Below, in pieces: positions 1 to 10,236 of a stretch of 64,000 nucleotides of DNA. Each line of letters begins with the position of its first letter. Position 1 is the stretch's first letter. The translations under genes were made by a program, and so were the position numbers. Under the pieces are notes generated by a model. The model was given only the letters and a program-made list of their open reading frames with translations. It was not told the origin of the DNA and did no database searches. Source of the DNA: Eledone cirrhosa (Eukaryota); the NCBI GenBank assembly GCA_964016885.1, contig OZ024754.1, positions 8,618,001-8,682,000 on the forward strand, written 5' to 3'.

Positions 1-380
1 CAAACTATCACATCCGACAAACTAACAATTCCACCAATCTACTATCCTGGCTAGGTACTTTATCACTCTCAAAAGGATGTAAGATAAAGTTAACCTTAGT
101 GGGATTTGAACTCAGTGTCGAGAGCCAGAACAAGTTTGTCAACACATTTTACCAGATATTCTAACCTGCCACTAAATAATAATGTTAGTAGGGAAAGTGG
201 CAGACGTTTATGATGATGATGATGATGTGCATCCAGTTTAGAATAGGTACACCGTATCCCTGAGTGTTGTAAGAAGCAACCGAAAGGGCTGGTGTCAGAA
301 AAGGAATCTGGCTGTAAAAGATCACTTCAAAAAAGTCCTGTCCAACCCATGCCAGCATGGAAAAGTGGATGTAAAATAAT

Positions 381-587
381 GGTTTCTGATTTAGGCACAA
401 GGCCAACAATTTTGCGGGACAGGGAAAGCCGATTAAATTGACACCAGTGCATTACTGGTACTTTATTTTATCGACCCTATAGGGATGAAAGGCAAAGCTA
501 ATTTCGATGGGATTTTAACTCAGAACGTAAAGGGCCACAACTCTACGCCGCAAAGCATGTTGTCCGACGCTCTACCGATTCTGCCAA
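381..587 (-). mobile_element. SINE family A (tRNA-like head ...GAGTTCAAATCC...; tail ...ggccttgtgcctaaatcagaaac)
   Basis: Near-identical dispersed copies at about 1140, 6535, 13420, 16787, 18565, 24300, 26510, 28098, 30935, 33640, 34070-34435, 39890-40225, 48476 and 50071; contains a B-box-like GTTCAAATCC. Confidence 0.8.
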
Positions 588-686
588 TAATGATGATCAA
601 ATAGATTATTAAGTTTGCCGTTTTCTGAAACAGAACAAAAGTGAAATATCAAGGGTGTAACAGCTCCCAAATCTATCAATACTCAC

Positions 687-845
687 GGGGAAAGACTTTA
701 TTGTCCAGATAACAGCATTTAATTCTGGGGTATATTTGCAGCCTCCAACAGTGGTCTTGAATTTAGGGGAGTCAGCATCTTGTGGAACTGGAATGATGAT
801 TTCCACATTGTTTGCGGTGGAACGGCGCTTGAACTGACTTTTAGC
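687..845 (-). CDS. AP1M1: AP1M1 coding exon 8 (159 bp), [53 protein letters not shown]
   Basis: Acceptor AG at 847-846, donor GTGAGT from 686. Confidence 0.95.
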
Positions 846-2582
846 CTTTTAAACAGAAACAAACAATTTATCAATTTCAGTTGGTCACTGATTTAAATAT
901 CAAATTATAACAATAAACCAACTAAACCAGAGAGGAGGGTGGAAGGGGGAGAGGGTGACAGGGGGGGGGGGCAGAGAGAGAGGGTGTGGCAGCGGTGGGG
1001 GAGATGGAAGAGAGAGGGTGGGACAGGGAGGGATGGCAGTGAGAGGGGGGAGATAGCAGAGAGAGAGAGAGAGATGGTGTGACGGAGGGCGGGGAGATAG
1101 CAGAGAGAGAGGGTGTGACAGTGGGAGGAATGGACTCAAACCCCAGTGCTAGACTGGTACTTTATTTATCATCCCAGAAAAGATGAAAGACAAAGTTGAC
1201 TTCAGTGGAATTTGAAGAGTACAAAAGAGAAGGAACACCATGAAGTATTCAACCCAACACTCTAATGAGCCTGCCAATTAATTCACCACCTTAATTAGGA
1301 TTTATTTCAAAGCAAACCAAAACATATATCATCTTACTTTAATCATATATTCAACACGGCTATGAGCATGGCGCTCAATCACAGACTCAACCCAAATCAG
1401 AGGTTTCACCTGAAAAATAAATCAAATGAATTGATTTTCAGTTTTTATAAACACACAAATTGTTATAGTGGAATTTTTATTTTCAGAGACAAAATTTAAA
1501 CCTATTCATAGCAAACCACCAGAAATCACCCTGGATTTATGATACAAAACTACTCCTTTTTAAATGCTTATCTTTATATTAAATCCTCCCATCATCACGG
1601 GCAGACTTTCACCTGCTGAAACTCTAGGCTATATGAAATACGAAGACATTCACTATGTTTGTAGTGCACCTGAGCACTTTACACAATAATTTCATTATTA
1701 AATATGGGATATAAAAATTATGTCATTATTACTATAATCATTATTTTTTATATTAATGTTTATGATAAAGAATAAATTAGATATAAGTTTAAAAGATATA
1801 TATACACAGAGAAAAAGTATATATTTTTTGAGAAACGTACAGCATTTTGAAATTAGGTTTAAATTTAAAGCTCATTTCAAAGTGAATAGACTGGAACGTT
1901 TTGCTTTGAGAGTTCCCCATACTCTGACCTAGGGAATTCTTAGTCCCGAAATATTAGGACGAAACGAAAAAAAAGATGATAATAAACACCAGGTAACTAA
2001 CTTTTTCTTTGCCTTCATTTTACCATCCATTTTGCATTGTTTTAGCCTTCTTATATATATATATATATAATTATGTAATAAACAACAAAAGACAATTATT
2101 CCATTTACCAAAGGTTTCGCGAAGATAGGCGAGCTCAACAGAGACATCTGAAATCACTCATCAGGTTCTGATGAGCGATTCCATTGGTAAATGGAATAAT
2201 TGTCTTATGTATTACATAATTAAATAGCTCTGTAGCATACATGGAATACTCTCCCTTCCTACGGAAATACTTCATATATATATATAGTTATGTAATAAAC
2301 AACATAAGGCAATTATTCCATTTACCAGTGGTTTCTTAAAACCAAAAGATTTTGCTTTCAATCCTCAGAATGAAAAAATCCTGGTCTGTTTATTGAATTT
2401 GGATTTTAAAAACAGACCAGGATTTTTTCATTCTGAGGATTGAAAGCAAAATCTTTTGCTTTTAAGAAACCACTGGTAAATGGAATAATTGCCTTATGTT
2501 GTTTATTACATAACTATTAAGCTCTGTTACCTACATAGAGCACTCTTTTTTCCTGGACTTTTCCGACGGAATTACTTCATTT

Positions 2583-2641
<59 letters not shown>

Positions 2642-3399
2642 TTTTTACATTATATACAGTAGACAATGCGTCAAGCAAACTACAACATTTTATTAAGAGG
2701 AGCAAGGAGCATCAGAATCATAGAAAAGAATTATACTTACATGGGTGGTTAAGCGATAAGACATAAGTTCGAATTCTCCATCTGGGGGAATGAAGGAAAT
2801 GGTGCGATCGTTTTCAAACCTTGACAATCGAACACACTGATGGAATTTCACATCTTCCAGCTCTACTGACTTGCTTTTTCCTCCTACATTGGGTGTTAAT
2901 GAAAGAAAAAATAGATTAACAGACAAAAGTGAGCCTTAGGATAAAACTAACAGGGGACCTGTCCCTTCCTTGTTGGACCTAACTTTGGTTTTGGATTCAG
3001 TTCCATTGTGCAGTATCTTCAGCTCATTCCCATCGTGTGGCAAGTTGGGCGTCTTCTAAAGTCTTACAGTAGTTTGATCAATGCTTTGGGAGTGAAATTT
3101 AGTTGACAGAAACTGTGTTGAAGTTCGTCTAAGATTGTAAGCATTAAAAATTGTTCTTGTTAATTTTAATATCAATAAATCCATAGAATCATCTGATTTT
3201 TTTTCCTGCCATTTGAAGAAGCAGAAGGGACTTCCTAACTATTAAATATACACAGGTAATCACCCTAGTGGTTAGGGTGTTGGGCTCACAACTAACATTG
3301 TAGATTCATGAACCAAGTTGGGTAACACTTTGGGCTAGCATTTACTAAAGCTGACTAATGTATTGTGATTGAATTTGGTAAACAGAAACTGTAAAGAAG

Positions 3400-3436
<37 letters not shown>

Positions 3437-4358
3437 GAAAGTGGAGTTAAGACGACTCACATTAATCCCCTATAATTTAATGATTTAAGGATAGACCCGG
3501 GCTCTTTATAGGACAGTATATAGAGAAATGTACACACATATCTGTGTGTGTACTTTTCTCCATATACTGACCTATACATATATATACATTAATTAATTAA
3601 AGGTTAATTTAATCTCTAATACTTAAACATTTCAATGAAATAAATCTCTTAGAGAAGCAATATTATATATTAAAATTAAATGAGAAAAAACTCTAATTAT
3701 GGGAGAGAAACAAGATAGACAAAAAATTATTCTATCTAACTTCGCTTATATATAGATCTCCCTGCCATGGTTTCATATGGGGAAGAATTATTATTGGAAC
3801 CACCGATAATTGAAGAATCTACCACACTCTTCAGGGAGGTTTAATTCTTGAAGTCTAAGAGAAATGAAAGAAGATATAATACATACTGTTTCCTTAGCCG
3901 AGGCAGCATGGTGAAATAAAAACACGCATTAAACCAGTTTAGAATTTATTTCCATCTCTATTTGTTTATATATATATAATATATAAAGGAACAAAGAATC
4001 AGTATTGCATCATATACATATTTAATTGCATATTAGCATATTACATATGTTTCACTGCCGAACAGCTCAAGGAAGGATCGAATAATGTTCGATCTTAACA
4101 CTAGGTGAGAACACACATCTGAGGAGCTCTCGATTCCGGAGTCAGGATCGAACACTATTTGAATGTTCCTTGAGCTGATCAGCAGTGAAACATATGTAAT
4201 ATGTAATTAAATATGTATATGATGCAACACTGATTTATTATTCCCATTTATTATTACTGATACTCTGCTCCCCAAGAGCATCAAGTGCTCATCTTGGCAT
4301 ACCACCTGTGAACGCAATTCAATTTGCACCTCTCTACTACTTATATATATAATGCATA

Positions 4359-4392
<34 letters not shown>

Positions 4393-4654
4393 GTATGTGT
4401 ATATATATATATATATATATAATGTATGTGTGTGTATATATATATATAGAGAGAGAGAGAGATAATGTATGTGTGTATATATATATATATAAATATATAG
4501 ATAATGTATATGTGTGTATATATAGATAATGTATATGTGTGTGTATATATATATAAATATATAGATAATGTATGTGTATATATATAATGTATATGTGTCT
4601 ATATATAATGTATATGTGAATATATATATAATGTATATGTGTATATATATATAA

Positions 4655-4688
<34 letters not shown>

Positions 4689-4729
4689 ATGTATGTGTGT
4701 GTGTATATATATATATATATAATGTATAA

Positions 4730-4792
<63 letters not shown>

Positions 4793-4831
4793 GTATGTGT
4801 GTGTGTATATATATATATATATAATGTATAA

Positions 4832-4899
<68 letters not shown>

Positions 4900-7800
4900 T
4901 GTGTGTTTGTATCTGCATCTGGAATCTTTGATATTAGAGTAAATTACATAGAATGATTGGTTAACATGAAATGTTGCACACAACCCATCACATGTAACTT
5001 ATACTCAGGATGAGAGCTTGGATCCTATGATGGCCCAAGACACCTGGGAACTTTCATCAGAGGCTTATTGTAATACAACAGAACAATTGTTATATTGTCT
5101 CTGCTGTTTACAGCAATGTGTTGTACCACTTAATGGTACCTATTGATAGCAAAGTGAACCGAGCTAGCAACAGTTAAGTATCTTAACCACAGACCATAAT
5201 GCACTAAATACTAAATTATCAAAGTCATTAGAATGTCACATAGAATGCCTTCCAATATTTGTTCCCATTTTCTGCACCCCGAGTTCATCATGCTGAGATC
5301 AAATTTGTTTTTCATCATTTTGGAGTTGATAAATAAAGTTCTAGTCCAGTGCAGATGATGAGATATAAATTGTTGTCCTTTTTGTCGATAATTTGACAAC
5401 CCTATCAGCATAAAAGAGACGTTTTGATGTGGGGTAAGAGATCACTTAATTTTCAGGTGTATGCACATCAAACCAACAAAATACACATACACTCAACGTT
5501 ATGTTTCAACACCAGTAATATACAAGACATCACAATCAGGAATATACTCTAAAAACTTACTTCCAGTACTCTCAAAGAGCACCTTATCATTGAGACCAAG
5601 TCGTAGCTCTGGCATCCCAGACAGATAAACTCGCATCTTGATGCAGCCAACAATTTCACTACGCAGAACATTGCCGTTAGCACTCACCTGATGAAAGAGA
5701 GAGTTACATGTATTGAGAAATTCTTCAGAAGGAATGAGTTAACCTTTTAAATACTGTCAGGACAGAGATTCTGAAATAAAGTTTGCATCCTACTGATAAA
5801 AAGCACTCCGTCCATGCTGTAAAGTTGTCATGTTGGTGCCGTGATAAAAAGCACCCAGTCCACGCTGTAAAGTTGTCATGTTGGTGCCGTGATAAAAAGC
5901 ACCCAGTCCACATTGTAAATGTGGTTGGCATTAGGAAGGGCATCCAGCTGAGGACTCAAGCTAGAAACAGTTCTGTATGAGCAAGACAGTAACCTGATCT
6001 AACTTGTCTCATAACAGACAACCTGTCTAACCCATGCTAGCATGGAAAATGGACATTAAACGATGATGATGATGAATTCTCTTTCCAATATATATCATAA
6101 TTTAGAAATGTGTAGTTCCTTTTCTTTTTTTCTATTGTTAATCATATTGAGAAATGTGGATACTACTGAAATAAAGTTGCCCCAATTTATAATACTGTTG
6201 GAACAAAGGTGTCCCATGTGAATATTTAAAAGAAAATAATAAATTCCACATAAAATTATATATTGCTAGTTTAATTTGATTAAAATTAACCATATTCAGT
6301 TTAAAACATTAAAATAAATATGAGTATTGAAAAGGTTATGAAAATCACTTATTTTACGCATCATGGAAGAACGGACGTAAAACGGTGATGATGATGATCA
6401 TCATCATCATCAGTTTAATGTCTATTTTCCATGCTTCTATGGATTTGAAAAGGCTAGACAGGTAGTAATATAGCATTCTCATTATTGAGCTGGTGTTTGG
6501 AACATAAAGGTTCTTAAATGAAATTATAATTGTTTCTACGTTAGGCACAAGGCCAGCAATTATCCAGTGCATTACTGGTACTTTATTTTATCGACCCCGT
6601 AATGAAATTATAATGAAAGGTTTTTAGATAAACATAAACACTTTGAAACAAAGAGTTTTATATCACCGAAGCTAGGGCATTCAGGTGGGTTGGTATCAAA
6701 AGATAAAATAGATAAGTTCAAATATTCCACGAGAGAGAGAGGGGAGGGGGAGAAGATGAAAGAGCAATATTTACCAATAAATTGACCGATTCAATCACAT
6801 CCAGGAAAACCTCATTCTTCCTGTATTTGATTCCCTCCGATCTCCATGAAACTGCATTTGTCACAGCCATTGGAGGTCGAGGGGCAATCTCCAGTTTGTG
6901 GCCTTCTTGAGTGATATACCTATTTTAAAAGATGAAACATTGATTTCCTCACAATATGTTTAATAAAGAGAGAAGAAGAATTATGGAAATATGAAAGAAT
7001 TATGGAAATATCAATAAATTCTGGAAGAACAATAACAAAAAACAACAAAGAATTATTGACTAGACACTGAGTAGAGAAAGAAAAGTTTGTCTCAGTCCTA
7101 GTCCTTAAATAAATAGTATAACTCTCTAAGTGAATGAGGTCTAAGATCTTGTCGATCGTATGTAGTATCGTAGTTTAACCTTTTAGCATTTAAATCAGCT
7201 GTATCCGTCCAGAATTCTCTCACCTCTTTCTGTTCAAACTGGCCATAACTGGCCATAACTGGCCACTCATACCGACTTTAAGGTATTATTCTCAAAATAA
7301 ATATCAAAATCTCATAGATTCGATATTAAGTGAGGTAAAGCCTTTATTGTGAAAATACAATAGTATATATAGAGCAATCATCATCATCATCATCACCGTT
7401 TTACGTCCGTTCTTCCACGCTAGCATGGTAAAAACGGGTTGTCCTGTTGTGGGCAGTGTCCGGTCGGCTGACCTCGTCTTGCTCATACGGGAACTGATTC
7501 TGGCTTGTAAATGTAAATGCTAAAGAGTTAAATCATTTTTTTTTTCCTTTCTCTCAACATTTTATTTCATTGGACCAACATTAACTATTTTCAGCAGAGG
7601 AAGGTGAAAATGTCACCTGTTTCGTAATAACAGAATGGTTTATACTTACTCCTGTAATATTTTACTATCTGTGGTCTGGGGATAACCAAAATCCATTATT
7701 TCATCCAAAAGCTCATAAATAACTACAAAATTATCACGGATACTTTCTTCTTCTAATTCTTTAAAATATTCAGCAAAAATCTGAAAAGAAAATAATTTAA

Positions 7801-10091
7801 AAAAATTAACAAAATAAAAAGTCACTCAACGTGAAAAAGAAATGTAATTTTTATGAAGCAATAGAGTGTAGCCATGTACAGACGGGCTAGGAAGAAACTC
7901 CCTAATTATATATACAGGCTGGGTGGAAAGAAACTGCTTATTTATATATTACAAGGAGGGTGGTAAGTAACTCCCTAATTATATATATACAAGGTGGGTG
8001 GAAAGAAACTGCTTATTTATATATTACAAGGTGGGTGGTAAGTAACTCCCTAATTATATATACAGGCTGGGTGAGAAGAAACTGCTTATTTATATATTAC
8101 AAGGTGGGTGGTAAGTAACTCCCTAATTATATATACAAGGTGGGTGAGAAGAAACTGCTTATTCATATATTACAAGGTGGGTGGTAAGTAACTCCCTAAT
8201 TATATATACAGGCTGGGTGGAAAGAAACTGCTTATTTATATATTACAAGGTGGGTGGTAAGTAACTCCCTAATTATATATACAAGGTGGGTGAGAAGAAA
8301 CTGCTTATTCATATATTACAAGGTGGGTGGTAAGTAACTCCCTAATTATATACACAGGCTGGGTGAGAAGAAACTGCTTATTTATATATACAATGATCAT
8401 GAAGATAGGTGGAAAGAAAATCTCTATTTAAAATTGTTAATAACTTTATTAATTATTGGTCAGATTTCATAAAAGGAAGGAAGCCTGTTGTTATGCATAT
8501 CTACTGCCGTCACTACTGCCACTACCAGCAGCAGAAGCAGCTGAGGGAACTGGAGAAATGTGGAATGAAGTGCCTTACTCAAGGACACAATGAACAGCCC
8601 AGTCCAGTAATTTGAACCCACAACCTTAGGATGGTTAAGCTGAACACTCTAACCACTAGATTACATGCCTTCACTATTATTAAATGTCTGTTATATTTCA
8701 TTTACGATGTAAGAAATCACCTGCAATGAATAACAGAGCTATTCTACTATAAAAACTGAACAAGTTATCTACATGTTTGAGGTTCTCGGATTATTTCAAA
8801 TGTTAAACAAAGGAAGAGATTTGTTCATTGAACCAAATTAATGACAGCTTCCTCCATAATTCCCAGTACTTAAACAGATTAGGATTTAAATTTAAAAAAA
8901 AACAAAAACAATACCAATAATCCAGTTGATAGAAAGAAGGGTTATAACCAGGTGAAAATTCTCGTCACAGGTAGTAGTAGTTAATTATTCTTTGACTAGT
9001 TTCAGTCATTAGATTTGAGGCAGTGTCAGAGAAACAGCTTTAAGAAGTGATACTAGACACCAACATCTTATATACCTCTTTAGTCTTGCCAGATTCAAGA
9101 CAGCCTTACTGGTGCTGGAGCATGATAAAATACACCCAGGACACTCTGTAAAGCAGTTGATGCTAGGAAGGTCATGCTACAATCATAGGATCCCTGTAAA
9201 ATTGAAACATGGTCCTCTGACTCATCTAGGAAAGCTCGCTCGCTCTCGCTCTGATTGATCGACAAGATCTCGGACCTCATTCGCTTGCCGAGTGAGGTGG
9301 ATCTCATCAAATCGGACCAAGGAAACAATGTTTCCATTGGTCTTTCCATTGCTGATACTATCTACCAGTTGCAACTCCTGGCAGAAGGAGCAACGTGAAA
9401 TAAAGTGTCTTGCTCAAGGACACAACGCATCTCCCAGTTCGAGAATTGAACTCACAACCTCATGATTGTGAATCCAACTCTCTAACCACTAAGCCACGTG
9501 CCTTCACTAGGAAAGCTGTAACTCTGAATAGGATCTGACTCAGACTAGACAACCTGTCTAACCCATGCCAGCATGAAAGTGGACAACAATACGCACCTGT
9601 ACAATTTTATGTAAAAAAGAAAAGACCATAGTGGCACTGGCATTTTTCTTGGTAGTTGACACAAGATAGAGGTTGTTGTATTTTATGTAGACATAAGCAA
9701 TATTTCCATGTTGTAGTATGGGCGTCACATTCCCTTCTTCTTCCTTATCCATCAACAGTGGCATAAACTTGTCAATCGCTGACATATCTATATCTCCTCG
9801 GTAGTTGCGACATATCAGCACCTAGAAGACAAAATCACAGCATTAGGCAACTTCTTTTATTAGCAACAAAATAATTTTATAACTGCATAATAGAGAGATT
9901 TCATGAATCTATATTAATTATAATATTCTCATAATCTGTTGTTAATTAACTATAGACTTCTAATTTAGGCACAAGGATAGAAAATTTGGCAGATATTTAA
10001 AAGCAAAGAAAATATTTATTGAATGATTAATTATATAAAACATTTTTACCTTTCCTTTAACGTCTAAAATATAGATCGCTGAGGAAGACAT
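687..10091 (-). CDS. AP1M1: AP-1 complex subunit mu-1 (clathrin adaptor medium chain), spliced, 3'-partial: complement(join(10050-10091,9597-9821,7650-7780,6775-6919,5561-5687,2741-2883,1338-1409,687-845))
   Basis: Eight GT-AG exons splice in frame to give [27 protein letters not shown]...[15 protein letters not shown]...[19 protein letters not shown]...[13 protein letters not shown]...[35 protein letters not shown]...[16 protein letters not shown]...WTIKSFP. This is the characteristic mu1 adaptin sequence. The remaining exons lie left of position 1. Confidence 0.97.
1338..1409 (-). CDS. AP1M1: AP1M1 coding exon 7 (72 bp), [24 protein letters not shown]
   Basis: tttcag acceptor and GTAAG donor; too short for the ORF track. 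Confidence 0.95.
2313..2378 (-). ncRNA. Type I hammerhead ribozyme motif (inverted copy)
   Basis: Reverse complement of the 2423-2488 motif with one mismatch in stem II. Confidence 0.7.
2423..2488 (+). ncRNA. Type I hammerhead ribozyme motif (minimal stem III)
   Basis: ttttttcatt-CTGAGGA-ttgaaagcaaaa[tc]ttttgcttttaa-GAAA-CC[act]GG-TA^aatggaataa; the core is intact and stems I, II and III all pair. Confidence 0.75.
2741..2883 (-). CDS. AP1M1: AP1M1 coding exon 6 (143 bp), (R)[47 protein letters not shown]
   Basis: tgtag acceptor and GTAAGT donor; contains the mu-adaptin signature. Confidence 0.95.
3755..3841 (-). ncRNA. Degenerate hammerhead-like motif
   Basis: CTGAAGA-gtgtgg...ccatat-GAAA-CCATGG-CA; stem II closes and stem III is palindromic, but the cleavage triplet is degenerate. 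Confidence 0.5.
4112..4204 (+). ncRNA. Type I hammerhead motif with long stem II
   Basis: acacat-CTGAGGA-gct...agt-GAAA-CATATG-TA^atatgt; palindromic stem III ACATATGT. Confidence 0.6.
4340..4900. repeat. (TA)n/(TG)n compound microsatellite
   Basis: Directly visible. Confidence 0.95.
5561..5687 (-). CDS. AP1M1: AP1M1 coding exon 5 (127 bp), [42 protein letters not shown]
   Basis: atcag acceptor and GTAAGT donor. Confidence 0.95.
5795..6075 (+). mobile_element. SINE family B (aggaagggcatccag...acccatgctagcatggaa...(GAT)n tail), carrying an internal 48-bp duplication
   Basis: Other copies at about 297, 7377, 9130/9510, 26590, 28555, 31865, 36465, 43955 and 44748. Confidence 0.75.
6775..6919 (-). 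CDS. AP1M1: AP1M1 coding exon 4 (145 bp), [48 protein letters not shown]
   Basis: aatag acceptor and GTAAAT donor; phase consistent with neighbouring exons. Confidence 0.95.
7650..7780 (-). CDS. AP1M1: AP1M1 coding exon 3 (131 bp), [44 protein letters not shown]
   Basis: tttcag acceptor and GTAAGT donor. Confidence 0.95.
7885..8395. repeat. About 80-bp minisatellite made of two related ~40-bp subunits, about 6 copies
   Basis: Alternating aactccctaattatatatac and aactgcttatttatatattac subunits. Confidence 0.9.
9385..9508 (-). mobile_element. SINE family C (aaataaagtgtcttgctcaaggacacaac...gaactcacaacc...ctaaccactaagcca)
   Basis: Copies at about 8555, 12400, 41270 and 44930; tRNA-like A/B boxes on the minus strand. 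Confidence 0.7.
9597..9821 (-). CDS. AP1M1: AP1M1 coding exon 2 (225 bp), [13 protein letters not shown]...FLHKIVQ
   Basis: ttctag acceptor and GTGCGT donor. Confidence 0.94.
10050..10091 (-). CDS. AP1M1: AP1M1 first coding exon (42 bp), [14 protein letters not shown]; the exon begins at 10110 with 19 nt of 5'UTR
   Basis: ATG at 10091 and GTAAAA donor. An upstream tttcag acceptor at 10112-10111 implies a non-coding first exon further right. Confidence 0.93.
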
Positions 10092-10199
10092 GATTCCACA
10101 GTTGATTTGTCTGAAATTATAAAACAGGTTGAAATATTAGCATCAGCAATAACTCAAGTTTGTTTAAATATCAATTGTCTAATGCTTTAGAGTGAAACA

Positions 10200-10236
<37 letters not shown>

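Noticed and set aside
920-1135. G-rich purine tract (possible G-quadruplex) and Pro/Leu/Ser ORF
   Set aside because: Low-complexity intronic GA-rich tract with no evidence of function
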